64,000 nucleotides of DNA from Patescibacteria group bacterium (GCA_038065415.1 JBBTRA010000002.1:13646-77645); one strand, 5' to 3'. Positions 19,028-29,315 are shown, counted from the stretch's first letter. Translations and numbers: made by a program. Notes: generated from the letters alone by a model not told the origin.

Positions 19028-20145
19028 CTTCATTTTTGAAGGCTCATTGGCATTGGTGTGCGATTGCGCTGACAATGCTCGCATCGATGGCACTTGTCTT
19101 CTCAGTCAATGGTTTTTTTGATACACGTATAGACGCGCGTATCTATGCCGCGCAAATATCTTCATTTGAGAGTGGTGATGTATTTTCGGGTGACCCACAT
19201 GTGATCATGCGCCTCTTCAAACCGCTCTACGGCATCATTGGTGGGTGGATATTCCAGTCGACACATCCTTATGGCATGATCCTGGGGCTCAATATATTTT
19301 TTTACGCCATTCTCGCTTTTTTCGCGTATCGTATCTTCAAAGCACTTGATTTCTCTGAAAGAGAATCGGTCGTCGGAACACTCTGGATAGTCACCGCATA
19401 TCCTGTCCTCAAATATGGTCTTGCACTGGGTACCGACATGTCGGGCTGGGCCTTGGCGGCAGTAACGGTGGCTATTGGTCTCGTTGCGATCAAGAAAGAT
19501 TCAAATTTTTTGTTGGCACTTGCTTCGGTTGCTGGATTTCTAGGAGCGGCAACAAAAGAGACGGGCCCGCTCGGACTGGGTGCGATCGGATTGTTGGTCG
19601 TGTGGACATATAGGAAACAGGGGATCAAGATTCTTGCTACTCGGTTGGCATCCGTATGTCTGCCATTCATTATTTTGTATGGAGTATTGTTTGCTACTAT
19701 TTCAGGCAGTGCCCCTACACTCTTCGACTGGTTCAATGCCAATACAACAGAGTATAGCGGCAAAGGCACGTATTCTGTAATCAAACTTGTCGCTGTTGCA
19801 GGCTCTACATTTGGTCTGTACTGGCTTGGTGTTGTGTATGCGATACGCATGATGATACGGGAACGACGAATGTTCGATCACATCGGCTATATTGTCGGGG
19901 CATTGATTGCTACTCTGCCGATACTTATGTGGCCGCTGTTTATTTCGAGAATAGTGTTCATACAATTTTTGTGGGTCATGCCACTTGCGCTCTACGGCTA
20001 TCGGGTGATGTCTGGTCGTATTCAGAGCAGGTATCCTGAAAAAGGAAAGATCATCATGATATTCGTTGCACTCGTTCCTATCGTGTTTAGTGCAGCGCTT
20101 TTCTTGGTTGGCGCGCGAGGCTCGCTCTTTACTTTGATGCATTGA
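19024..20145 (+). CDS. Polytopic membrane protein, putative GT-C-fold glycosyltransferase (third component of GtrA/GtrB module)
   Basis: ATGA overlap with preceding gene; ≥9 hydrophobic helices; first loop …DTRIDARIYAAQISSF… resembles the DExRY-type motif of ArnT/PMT-like GT-C enzymes. Confidence 0.45.
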   Translation: MTSFLKAHWHWCAIALTMLASMALVFSVNGFFDTRIDARIYAAQISSFESGDVFSGDPHVIMRLFKPLYGIIGGWIFQSTHPYGMILGLNIFFYAILAFFAYRIFKALDFSERESVVGTLWIVTAYPVLKYGLALGTDMSGWALAAVTVAIGLVAIKKDSNFLLALASVAGFLGAATKETGPLGLGAIGLLVVWTYRKQGIKILATRLASVCLPFIILYGVLFATISGSAPTLFDWFNANTTEYSGKGTYSVIKLVAVAGSTFGLYWLGVVYAIRMMIRERRMFDHIGYIVGALIATLPILMWPLFISRIVFIQFLWVMPLALYGYRVMSGRIQSRYPEKGKIIMIFVALVPIVFSAALFLVGARGSLFTLMH

Positions 20146-20177
20146 AAAAGGGCCGAAATTGGCTATAATGAGCCTCT

Positions 20178-21071
20178 ATGAAGAAACCCCTCATCGGCTT
20201 TATCGGACAGGGTTGGATTGGCAAAAATTACGCCCTCGACTTCGAAAAGCGCGGATATGAGGTTGTCCGCTATGGTCTTGAAGAGGCATATGCAGATAAT
20301 AGGGATAGGATCGGAGCATGTGACATCGTTTTTATTGCTGTACCCACACCGACGAGTAAAAAAGGTTTTGATGATAGCGTCATCCGTCACGTTTTACCGC
20401 TTGTCGGTGAAGGGAAGGTTGCAGTGATCAAGTCCACAATCATCGTGGGTACGACAGTAAAACTCCAGAAATCATTTCCGCGCATCATTGTTCTGCACTC
20501 GCCAGAGTTCTTGAGCGAACGTACAGCTGCATATGATGCTGCGAATCCGGACAGGAATATTGTGGGTGTTCCACAAAAAGGTTCGAAATATGCTGATGCC
20601 GCTAATCTCGTCATGTCAGTGCTTCCACCGTCACCGTTCTCACTTGTCTGTACTTCAGCGGAAGCCGAGTTGATCAAGTATAGCCATAACATCCATGGGT
20701 ATATCCAAGTAGTATTCGCCAATATCCTGTATGACCTCGCAGACGAGTTCTCGATGGACTGGGATGTGCTCTTCAAAGCATTTTCTGCCAATCCTCTCAT
20801 GGTCCCGCGCTACCTTCAACCGATTCATCAGAGCGGTCGTGGTGCTGGAGGTAATTGTTTTATCAAGGACTTCGAGGCCTTCATCCGACTCTATGAGAAG
20901 TCAGTGAAGGATGCGGTGGGACTCAAAACTCTCAAGGCTATCCGCGATAAAAATCTGGAGCTCCTCGTCTCGTCAGGAAAGGATCTCGAGAAGATAGCAG
21001 CAATCTATGGTCCAGCAAAAGCGAAACAGAGGGGGAAAACAATCCGAATCCAGAAGCGCATCAAGAAATAA
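20178..21071 (+). CDS. UDP-glucose/GDP-mannose dehydrogenase-family protein, short form (297 aa); paralog of 13970..14845
   Basis: MKKPLIGFIGQGWIGKNYALDF…CDIVFIAVPTPTSKKGFDD…HSPEFLSERTAAYDAANPDRNIVG…GGNCFIKDFEAF. Confidence 0.55.
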   Translation: MKKPLIGFIGQGWIGKNYALDFEKRGYEVVRYGLEEAYADNRDRIGACDIVFIAVPTPTSKKGFDDSVIRHVLPLVGEGKVAVIKSTIIVGTTVKLQKSFPRIIVLHSPEFLSERTAAYDAANPDRNIVGVPQKGSKYADAANLVMSVLPPSPFSLVCTSAEAELIKYSHNIHGYIQVVFANILYDLADEFSMDWDVLFKAFSANPLMVPRYLQPIHQSGRGAGGNCFIKDFEAFIRLYEKSVKDAVGLKTLKAIRDKNLELLVSSGKDLEKIAAIYGPAKAKQRGKTIRIQKRIKK

Positions 21072-21072
21072 T

Positions 21073-22164
21073 ATGAAACTCCTTGTCACGACACAAAAAG
21101 TAGACCGCGCAGATCCAATACTAGGCTTTTTCCATGCGTGGATCATCGAACTGGCAAAGCACTTCGATGTAGTCACGATCATCTGTCTGGAGGAAGGTGA
21201 GCATGAATTGCCCGCCAATGTCAGAGTGTTGACGCTCGGAAAGAGTAACCAGAAGCTCGTGCCAGTGGAGGCTCAGGTAAAAAGAAGGATAGGGTACGTA
21301 TGGAAATTCTATACGTACATCCTGAAGGAGCACAAAAATTATGACGCTGTCTTCGTGCACATGAACCCGGTATATAGTGTACTCGGTTGGCCAATCTGGA
21401 GATCGCTCGGCAAGAAAGTGTCACTCTGGTATGTGCATCGATCAGTCGATCTGAAGTTGCGTGCAGCAGCGATTTTGGTTGATCGTATATTTACCGCATC
21501 GAAGGAAAGCTTCAAAATTTCTAGCAAAAAAGTCCTGGTTGTTGGTCATGGTATAGAGACAGGACGGTTTGCCGGCATCACTCGTCCCTTGCCGCTTCCC
21601 GAAGATCCGATACGAGTCCTCCATGTAGGCCGTATCACAAAGATTAAGAATTGCGATGTTCTTATCGAAGCTGCCGGCATTTTGTCACAGTCATGGAGCC
21701 GTCGTGTAGAAGTGATATTTGTTGGAGAAATGGTCACACCTGCTGATCATGAGTATCGGAAAAAGTTGGATGATCAGATCAAGAACCTTGGCTTGACTGA
21801 CATGGTCCGTTTTGTCGGTCCAATCCCAAATCACGATATCGGCACTTGGTACGCGCAGGCGGATCTCACCGTCAATCTGGCTCCAACTGGTGGTGTCGAC
21901 AAGGCAGTGCTCGAGTCGCTCGCCTCGGGTGCGCCGGTCTTCTGGTCAAATGAATCATTTAGCGACATATTTCACCCGTATGAGAGTATCTTTCACATAG
22001 CGTACAAGGATGCAGGTATGCTTGCAGAAAAGATACGTTTGTACTGTGGGCGTATGGATGCTTCATCGATTGAGGCCGAGCTTCGTGCACGCGTCGTAGA
22101 ACGTTTCAGTATCGATGCACTTATTTCACGCATTTCACTAGATATTCATGACTCAAGTCGATAA
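21073..22164 (+). CDS. Glycosyltransferase (GT-B fold, GT1/GT4-like)
   Basis: Start MKLLVTTQKVDRADPILGFFHAWIIELAK (ATG 21073, 2 nt after previous stop); …ESLASGAPVFWSNES…. Confidence 0.6.
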   Translation: MKLLVTTQKVDRADPILGFFHAWIIELAKHFDVVTIICLEEGEHELPANVRVLTLGKSNQKLVPVEAQVKRRIGYVWKFYTYILKEHKNYDAVFVHMNPVYSVLGWPIWRSLGKKVSLWYVHRSVDLKLRAAAILVDRIFTASKESFKISSKKVLVVGHGIETGRFAGITRPLPLPEDPIRVLHVGRITKIKNCDVLIEAAGILSQSWSRRVEVIFVGEMVTPADHEYRKKLDDQIKNLGLTDMVRFVGPIPNHDIGTWYAQADLTVNLAPTGGVDKAVLESLASGAPVFWSNESFSDIFHPYESIFHIAYKDAGMLAEKIRLYCGRMDASSIEAELRARVVERFSIDALISRISLDIHDSSR

Positions 22165-22765
22165 AAAAGCATATCATCTGAGCACGTATTCGACTGCTGA
22201 CCGCTGGGTGAGCTACTATCATCAGCTGCGCTTGGCGACCGCATGTGCACCTCGAAACATTCTCGAGATTGGCGTTGGCGATAAGGTTTTTGGTTCGTAT
22301 ATCAAAGAGAATACGAATATTGCGTATGTGGGGGCGGATTATGATGCCACGGTTTCTCCTGATGTTATTGCGGATATCTTGAAGTTACCATTCAAAGATG
22401 AGGAGTTCGATGTGGTGTGTGTGTTCGAAGTTCTTGAGCATCTCCCATTCGGGCAGTTCGAGAAGGCACTGGCTGAACTGAGTCGCGTCTCTGTCAAGCA
22501 TGTCTTGATCAGCTTGCCGCATTTTGGTCCGCCGGTGAAGCTCAGCTTCAAGATTCCGTTCCTGCCGGAGGTGAAGCTGGCGTGGAAGCTTCCGTGGCCC
22601 AAGAAACATGTTTTCAATGGCCAGCATTATTGGGAAATTGGCAAGAAGGGATATTCGATCGACATGCTGCGCTCGGTGTTCAGGAAGCATTTTGTGCTAA
22701 AGCAAGATTTCGTTCCGTTCGAGAATCAGTATCATCACTTCTTTGTGCTTGAGAAAAAACCATGA
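22148..22765 (+). CDS. Class I SAM-dependent methyltransferase
   Basis: …ILEIGVGDKVFGSYI… (motif I), …FDVVCVFEVLEHLPF…. Confidence 0.6.
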   Translation: MTQVDKKAYHLSTYSTADRWVSYYHQLRLATACAPRNILEIGVGDKVFGSYIKENTNIAYVGADYDATVSPDVIADILKLPFKDEEFDVVCVFEVLEHLPFGQFEKALAELSRVSVKHVLISLPHFGPPVKLSFKIPFLPEVKLAWKLPWPKKHVFNGQHYWEIGKKGYSIDMLRSVFRKHFVLKQDFVPFENQYHHFFVLEKKP

Positions 22766-23826
22766 AAGTCCTCTATATATACTCTGGATCCCGCAAGGAT
22801 AAATTTAAGGGAACGATAGGGATAGATTATCCTGATACGCAATTTTATGGACTCAATCATCTGGGCAAGTTCGGTATTGAAACAGATTACGCAGAGTTTA
22901 GTGATGTTTTGACTTTCAAACCATTCAGATGGATTCTTTCCTTCCGGTTGAGGCACATCATCGCAACCCTCTATTTTTCTTTGAAAGGTGATTATGACGT
23001 TATCTTCGGTTCATCACTAGTGTATGGACTCCTCTTCAAAAGGTTGTTTGGTTTGAAGCAGAAATATGTTCTGCTTGATATCAGCATCGGCCGCACCCTC
23101 ACTGCGAATAGGGGTCGGACTTTACGATATAAGTTCTTCATTTGGTTGCTCGGCGCTGCTCATGGGATTGTGTCTCTATCAAACGTCCAAAAGGTGAGGC
23201 TTGAACAGGAATTGCCTCAGTTTATCGGTAAGGTATATTTCGCACACCTTGGTGTCGATACGAAATACCATACACCAATCTTCGAAGATAGGAATGGTCC
23301 CATACTCTCTGCGGGCCGTGATAATGGACGTGATTATGGGACTGTACTGGAAGTGGCTCGTCTCATGCCCGAGGAAAGATTTGAAATTGTTTGTAGTCGT
23401 CGCAATCTGGCGGGGTTGGGCGAAATTCCTGTGAATGTATCGGTGACCTATGATTTGCCGCCCCATGACCTGTATGATAGATTTGGCACAGCAGAGATGC
23501 TGCTTCTCATCACCCATGACGACTCATACGCTGATGGATCCGATTGTTCTGGTCAGACGGTACTTCTCGAGGCCCTGGCCAAAGGATTGCCGGTGATTGC
23601 TTCTACTAAAAAGTACCTCGCAGATTATGTAGAAGATGGCAAGGATATTCTCGAGGTCGATTTCTATGATGCTACAGGTATCGTAGAGAAGATACATGAG
23701 ATCAGAGCAGGAGACATGGCCGCACGGCTCGCGCGGAATGCTCGTGAGACTGCTGCATCATCGCTCTCGACTGAGAATATGGCGCGCGAGCTCTCGGATA
23801 TTTTTACCAAAATAACTACAAACTAA
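22762..23826 (+). CDS. Putative glycosyltransferase (GT-B C-terminal domain)
   Basis: ATGA overlap with previous; C-terminal …GQTVLLEALAKGLPVIASTKKYLADYVEDGKDILEV…. Confidence 0.45.
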   Translation: MKVLYIYSGSRKDKFKGTIGIDYPDTQFYGLNHLGKFGIETDYAEFSDVLTFKPFRWILSFRLRHIIATLYFSLKGDYDVIFGSSLVYGLLFKRLFGLKQKYVLLDISIGRTLTANRGRTLRYKFFIWLLGAAHGIVSLSNVQKVRLEQELPQFIGKVYFAHLGVDTKYHTPIFEDRNGPILSAGRDNGRDYGTVLEVARLMPEERFEIVCSRRNLAGLGEIPVNVSVTYDLPPHDLYDRFGTAEMLLLITHDDSYADGSDCSGQTVLLEALAKGLPVIASTKKYLADYVEDGKDILEVDFYDATGIVEKIHEIRAGDMAARLARNARETAASSLSTENMARELSDIFTKITTN

Positions 23827-24395
23827 TGGAACCGCAACTCAAGATCGTAGACAAGCTGGTGGCAGGCAAAGAGCGTGTGCTCGAGCTTGGCTGTGGCAAT
23901 GGCAAGCTCATCAACGGCATTGCCGCCGCATATCCGCATCTCAAGGCAATTATTGGCGTTGATTTTTACAATGCACCGCCTGTCATCGATCCGCGAGTCC
24001 AATTCATAAAACAGGATCTCGAGAACCTCTCTATTGAAGGTACATTCGACCTCATCATCCTCAATCACGTTTTTGAGCATATTAAGAATCCGCTCGGTCT
24101 CGTGGAGCGCATCAAGAAAAATCTCGCTCCTCGCGGTAAGCTCCTCATCATCGTCCCGAATAGGCGCGGCTTCCAGAATGAGGCGCGCACGTATCTTCCT
24201 GAGCATGGTAAGCACTATTTTCTCTGGGATCGTGAGAGTCTCGAGTACAGCCTCAATCGCCTGGGTATGGTTTGCCGCTTCCACAACCTACATTTCACCT
24301 CGACCCGCGGCAATCTCCTCAAGTTCATCCCGGCATTGCTACGCATAGAGAATCCAAACCTCATGTGTATTGCAGCGATGGATGTTCAGGAATAA
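23826..24395 (+). CDS. Class I SAM-dependent methyltransferase
   Basis: …RVLELGCGNGKLINGI…FDLIILNHVFEHIKNP…GKLLIIVPN. Confidence 0.65.
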   Translation: MEPQLKIVDKLVAGKERVLELGCGNGKLINGIAAAYPHLKAIIGVDFYNAPPVIDPRVQFIKQDLENLSIEGTFDLIILNHVFEHIKNPLGLVERIKKNLAPRGKLLIIVPNRRGFQNEARTYLPEHGKHYFLWDRESLEYSLNRLGMVCRFHNLHFTSTRGNLLKFIPALLRIENPNLMCIAAMDVQE

Positions 24396-25538
24396 ATGAC
24401 TAAGCTCACCTACATCACTAATGTCCGCATGCCTACCGAGAAGGCTCATGGCATCCAGATCGCTCGCATGTGCGAAGCCTTCGGTACGGCAGGAATTGAT
24501 CTCGAATTGGTGGTGCCGCGTAGGAAGGGAACGAATCCAGAGAGTGCGTATGCCTTTTATGGCATCAAGAATAATTTCAAGATACGCCCCCTCTGGTGCA
24601 TCGACATAGTCGAGAAAGTTCCATGGTTCGGTTACTGGCTCCAGCTTGCAACCTTCACTCTCTCTGTTTTGGTGCGCTACACATTCGCCTCACGCACAGC
24701 ATCAAGACTCTATACGCGCGAGTTTATGCTGGCTGTCCTGTTACGCCGTCTTGGCTATGACGTTGTCTATGAGTCACATCGCATTTTGTTGAAGAAGAAG
24801 CTCTTCTTTGGTTTGCTCCGCGGTGTGAACCGCATCATTACCAACTCACGCGGCGTCGCCGAGGAATTCAAGGCCAATGGCTTCAAGGATGTTCTGCCGC
24901 TACCCAATGGTATCGACCTTGCAGAGTTCGATCTGAAACAGAGCAAGGCAGAGCTTCGTCGAGAGCTTGGCTGGGTAGAGTCAGATCGTATCGCCCTGTA
25001 TACCGGCTACCTCTACAAATGGAAGGGTATCGATACACTCATGGCTGCGGGTGAGCTTATCTCCAAAACAGGTTCTTCGTTCAAGCTGGTGATCCTCGGA
25101 GGTAGCGTGGCGGACGTTAAGACATATAGCGATATCGCCCGCGAAAAGGGAATGATCAAGATGGAGTTCCTCGGACACAAGGATCGGAAGGTGATGCCCA
25201 AATACATGAAGGCGGCCGACGTTCTTTTGCTGCCTAATAGCGCAGTAAGCGAAGAGTCGGTCAAATATACTTCGCCCATCAAACTTTTTGAATACATGGC
25301 GAGTAGAGTTCCGATTGTGGCGTCGGATATGCCCTCGATTAGAGAGATCGTGAGTGATGAGAGTGCAGTGTTGGTCAAGCCGGATGATGCTGCTGCGTTG
25401 GTTGCAGGTATAGAAAAAACTCTTGCTGATGAGGCGGAATCAAAAGTACGCGCAGAGAAAGCGTATCAGGATGTGACGGAGCTCACGTGGGATGGTCGTG
25501 CAGCGAAGACGCTAGACTTTATCGGGCTGCGTGCTTAG
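24396..25538 (+). CDS. Glycosyltransferase family 4
   Basis: N-terminal …VRMPTEKAHGIQIARMCEAF…, C-terminal …FEYMASRVPIVASDMPSIREIV…. Confidence 0.7.
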   Translation: MTKLTYITNVRMPTEKAHGIQIARMCEAFGTAGIDLELVVPRRKGTNPESAYAFYGIKNNFKIRPLWCIDIVEKVPWFGYWLQLATFTLSVLVRYTFASRTASRLYTREFMLAVLLRRLGYDVVYESHRILLKKKLFFGLLRGVNRIITNSRGVAEEFKANGFKDVLPLPNGIDLAEFDLKQSKAELRRELGWVESDRIALYTGYLYKWKGIDTLMAAGELISKTGSSFKLVILGGSVADVKTYSDIAREKGMIKMEFLGHKDRKVMPKYMKAADVLLLPNSAVSEESVKYTSPIKLFEYMASRVPIVASDMPSIREIVSDESAVLVKPDDAAALVAGIEKTLADEAESKVRAEKAYQDVTELTWDGRAAKTLDFIGLRA

Positions 25539-26362
25539 ATACCGATGACTGTACGTATGAAGGACTTGAATCCGCTCCAGCCAGGGCGGAAGTTCTTTTT
25601 TATAGAATAGTCAGCATGCATTTTGAATGCAGTGCCATCGATAGTGAGTGTGTCCATCTTGCCCACGATGAAGGAAAGATTCTGGAGTGCTTCGGGTTGA
25701 GATTTCCTCTCGTGACGCTCATGTCCAGGACGGTACGGATGATTCTGGTGAATGGCCGTGACGACGGGGGTGATATCTATCGATGATATATTATTCTTCC
25801 TGCAATACCAGATCATCCAGTTATCCCAACCGATGCGTCCGACTACGAGTGCCGGCATGTCCGTGAAGATCTCCTTCCTGAAGATAAAATAATCCATGGC
25901 CGCAACAGAATGAAGCGCACCTTCTTTGTGAGCACGATCTTTGAGTGGACGTTCCCAGTTTGTATCCTTAAAATCTATTTCCTCGGTGATATCTAGATCC
26001 CATCGACGGCCGCAGAGTAGGAAAGGACTGGCACTTGCGGCATCGGCCTTCTTGATTGCAGGAATGAAATCTGAGGTCAGTATCATGTCGGCATTTGCAT
26101 ACATGAGGATGGAGTGACGCGCCGTGTTCCGCGCGAGCGCGAATGCAGAGTCGAGTCGTGGCGTCCCCTGATCGGTGATGGCGACTCCAGGGATGTGGGT
26201 CAGCCCCAATTCTTGTGCAGTTTCGGCGATGCCTGCATCGGTGCCGAGCGCTATGATCTCGACGTCTGGATGTATGTGCTTCCAGCTCTGGAGTGCATTG
26301 CGCTGTATGAGGCGGATATGCGGGTCAGTGAAGGGCTTGGGGATGGTGAAGAGGGTGATCAT
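25535..26362 (-). CDS. Putative nucleotide-diphospho-sugar transferase-like protein (hypothetical)
   Basis: MITLFTIPKPFTDPHIRLIQRNALQSW…ILMYANADMIL…; last gene of the long minus-strand run; 4-bp overlap with convergent GT4. Confidence 0.35.
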   Translation of the reverse strand: MITLFTIPKPFTDPHIRLIQRNALQSWKHIHPDVEIIALGTDAGIAETAQELGLTHIPGVAITDQGTPRLDSAFALARNTARHSILMYANADMILTSDFIPAIKKADAASASPFLLCGRRWDLDITEEIDFKDTNWERPLKDRAHKEGALHSVAAMDYFIFRKEIFTDMPALVVGRIGWDNWMIWYCRKNNISSIDITPVVTAIHQNHPYRPGHERHERKSQPEALQNLSFIVGKMDTLTIDGTAFKMHADYSIKKNFRPGWSGFKSFIRTVIGI

Positions 26363-26365
26363 ATA

Positions 26366-28270
26366 TTAGGGAACTATAGCATAGAGGCGGATATGGGTGT
26401 CACGCTTCTGATCGTAGTATTCATAAACCTTCATCCCGTAGTCTAGGAAGTACTGAGCCGTGCGAAGCTTGGCTACCTCATCGCGCATCCATGGATTCCC
26501 CCTGGTCTTGGTATCGTCGATGAAGTAGCGGACATTCATTTCCTGGAGGCAGGTACGAATTGCAGCATCGTCATTCGTGGAGCAAAAGTCATCGATATAC
26601 GAGTTGCCGTTTTTCATCGAATAGCGGTAGAAGACGTTCCAGTACTCGAGAACCTTCTCATCCTTCAAATGCGTATTGATATAGTCGGTCACATAGATAG
26701 CGCCGCCTTCTATCTCACGGAAACAGGTATTGCGGTCACGTAGACCAGTCGCGCAGACGATCTCTTTCTTGAATGATACGATGCTTGCGCCGAGGAGGGT
26801 GAGGGCGATGACGATGAGTAGGTGAGGTACTACCTTCTTCGCGTATGAGATATAAATTGAGCCTTTGTCAGCGATGGACTTCATGAGGACATCGAGTGCG
26901 AGGACCAGGAAAATATTATTCAATATGAGGGCGGGGATTATGAAACGTATCTGGTGCGACCAGATGAATACGAACGCAAGGTATATCTCCAGTGCAACCA
27001 GTGTATAGAGAAGAATCCCGCGCAGATTGCGTTTGAAGGCCAGGTATATTGCGAGAGCATATGTCGCCATGAAGCTGACTGATAGGAATATGCCGAAGGG
27101 CAGGTGGTAGGTCTCTTTGCCGAAAAGGTAGAAGGGAAAGATGAAGAAGTTGTACCAGGTCTTGTTGAGTATGAAAGCATTGACCTCCACAGTGAACTCC
27201 ACACCTCCGCCAGCGGCGAATATAGGAAAAAAAGGATTTCCTGTCAGTATGAGGTTCTTGATATACCAGAAGCCGCCAATAATGAGTGCCGACAGGAAAT
27301 ATATGCCGCATACCTTGGCAATGTGCACAGCAGGTTCTTTATGGAGCCTTGATATCAAGATGATCTCAATCAGGCCTATCGCACCGAAGAAGAGTGAGAG
27401 GTATTTGATTCCGAGTCCCAGGCCGAGAAGCGCGCCGGCAAGAATGACACCGGGGTATGCTGTGCGAAGGTGCTCATGCGCTATGTGCCTCCTGGAGAGA
27501 GTGTCTATGAGTAGGAGGAGGCTAGCGATACTGAAAAGGAACGACCATATATCTATCATGCCGCCGCTGAGTGCATTGCGGGCCAATGGCATACAGGCGA
27601 GGAGGAGTATCACGGTCAGGTAGGTGAATCTTTTGTCGGTGAAATATCGGTGTGATAGAAGGGCAGCAAAAATAATGAGTAAGAGGTATGCGGCAAACTC
27701 GATGAGCTTGGAAACGCCCAGATTGTCGAAAAGGACGATAGTGACTGCGTAGAGGATTTCGCCAAGAACAGGGAGTTGGCCGTATTCGGGGTCCTCCATG
27801 ATGGGGAATGAAATAGGTTCACCGCTCGCTATCTCTGCGGAGAACGGTAGATGATATGCGAGACCATCTTTACCCATTGCTGATGCGGAGAGTGCTATGC
27901 CGGTATATATGATGGTCCAGGCGATGAGTATGAAGAGTAGGACGGATTCTACCTTTGTTTTTGGGATGAGTTTCTTCATCGTGTGCTTCCATGATTTGAA
28001 GCCAGCAAGTAAGTGCACATGGTAATAAATCGTCTTTCTAGAGATATAGAGGATGATGATCGTTATTAGACCGAGCCAAAAGATGTTCAAGATGCCAAAA
28101 AGGGAAAGCATCAATCCGACCATTGCGACGGCTCCATAGCCGAGAATAAGCGATACGGTGCTATGAAGTAGCACCTCTTTGCGCCAACAGATTGCCTTGA
28201 GGAGCGACCTTCCGAGAAGGAATGAGATGTAGCTGAATATGAGTGTTTGAATAATATAGAGAAACCACAT
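26366..28270 (-). CDS. Large polytopic membrane protein (634 aa) with C-terminal soluble domain; candidate GT-C glycosyltransferase/polymerase
   Basis: >12 hydrophobic helices across residues 1-470; C-terminal ~150 aa hydrophilic; no confident family motif. Confidence 0.4.
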   Translation of the reverse strand: MWFLYIIQTLIFSYISFLLGRSLLKAICWRKEVLLHSTVSLILGYGAVAMVGLMLSLFGILNIFWLGLITIIILYISRKTIYYHVHLLAGFKSWKHTMKKLIPKTKVESVLLFILIAWTIIYTGIALSASAMGKDGLAYHLPFSAEIASGEPISFPIMEDPEYGQLPVLGEILYAVTIVLFDNLGVSKLIEFAAYLLLIIFAALLSHRYFTDKRFTYLTVILLLACMPLARNALSGGMIDIWSFLFSIASLLLLIDTLSRRHIAHEHLRTAYPGVILAGALLGLGLGIKYLSLFFGAIGLIEIILISRLHKEPAVHIAKVCGIYFLSALIIGGFWYIKNLILTGNPFFPIFAAGGGVEFTVEVNAFILNKTWYNFFIFPFYLFGKETYHLPFGIFLSVSFMATYALAIYLAFKRNLRGILLYTLVALEIYLAFVFIWSHQIRFIIPALILNNIFLVLALDVLMKSIADKGSIYISYAKKVVPHLLIVIALTLLGASIVSFKKEIVCATGLRDRNTCFREIEGGAIYVTDYINTHLKDEKVLEYWNVFYRYSMKNGNSYIDDFCSTNDDAAIRTCLQEMNVRYFIDDTKTRGNPWMRDEVAKLRTAQYFLDYGMKVYEYYDQKRDTHIRLYAIVP

Positions 28271-28271
28271 G

Positions 28272-29315
28272 TTATTTGAGGCGTGCAGATATCACTATGC
28301 AGTCGCCGCTCTGGAGAAGATCCACGATACGGTTGCAAAGGGAGATGAGATTGAGAACTAGAAGATATACAGCTCTTTTCAGGACGGATTTGAGTTTTGC
28401 AGGGAAGCCATGGTTTTTCGAAGGTTTTTCCTGGGAAGCTGCTGCATCTTTTTGTTCGTATGCCCACAAAGGATTCTTCATGCCTTGCTGAGGTGTGAAG
28501 CGGAGACGATTGAGCGTATGGATCATCCATGTGGTCGGACTCACTGTCCTCTTTGAGATGACCTCAAAGCCATGGCGCGCGAGCAAGATGCCGATCGCAC
28601 GTGAGGTCAAAATGTGTTGGTGATAGGGGATGTGCCAGTGCGCCCATGCCCGACCGAATATCCTGCGATATATGCTGTCAGCATTGGGTGTACTGAGGAT
28701 GAGTGTGCCATTCTTCACCATGAATTGTTTTGTATGAGCAATGAAGCTCTCAAGATCGATGATGTGTTCGATGACTTGGTTGGCGATGGCATAGTCGAAA
28801 GTGCCTTGAGGAAAAGGACAATCTTCGATCGTACCGATGTGGAGATTGAGCTTAAGGGCGTCTCGGACTATGGATATGTTCTCATCTGTTTCTATGCCGT
28901 ATGCTTCAAATCCACGTCGCTCGAGTTCGATGAGCGATGCGCCGTCACCACAGCCAATGTCGAGGACTCTCTTGCTGTCGCCCTGAAGCGGGAGCATATG
29001 CTGTATCTTGTGGTTGCCATACCACCAATACATGAAGCGCTGATGGAGTGTCTCAGACCTGTTGCCGCGAGCTTCGACAGACTGTAGGTCGATGATGTGA
29101 CGAGGATAGTAGTCGGTGTAGAGTGGTCCGATATCTTCTGGTTTGAGTGGTGGTTCGGTCGTGAGCGTGCCGCAGGAATGACATCGCATGATGGAATACG
29201 ATCCGGGGTGGCCATAGCGGTCATCGTAGATGTGGGGGATGTAGGGGACAGTGGGGCTGCTACAGACAGGGCATGGAGATGAAGCCACTAAATTTTTTTT
29301 GGTGGATGTGGTCAT
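28272..29315 (-). CDS. SAM-dependent methyltransferase with N-terminal Cys4 zinc-ribbon
   Basis: CPVCSSP…CHSCGT then …VLDIGCGDGASLIELERRGFEAYGIE…FDYAIANQVIEHIIDL…. Confidence 0.6.
   Translation of the reverse strand: MTTSTKKNLVASSPCPVCSSPTVPYIPHIYDDRYGHPGSYSIMRCHSCGTLTTEPPLKPEDIGPLYTDYYPRHIIDLQSVEARGNRSETLHQRFMYWWYGNHKIQHMLPLQGDSKRVLDIGCGDGASLIELERRGFEAYGIETDENISIVRDALKLNLHIGTIEDCPFPQGTFDYAIANQVIEHIIDLESFIAHTKQFMVKNGTLILSTPNADSIYRRIFGRAWAHWHIPYHQHILTSRAIGILLARHGFEVISKRTVSPTTWMIHTLNRLRFTPQQGMKNPLWAYEQKDAAASQEKPSKNHGFPAKLKSVLKRAVYLLVLNLISLCNRIVDLLQSGDCIVISARLK

Noticed and set aside
26916-27623. Overlapping minus- and plus-strand ORFs (131, 88, 160 aa)
   Set aside because: All fall inside the 634-aa polytopic membrane protein gene (26366..28270) in other frames.
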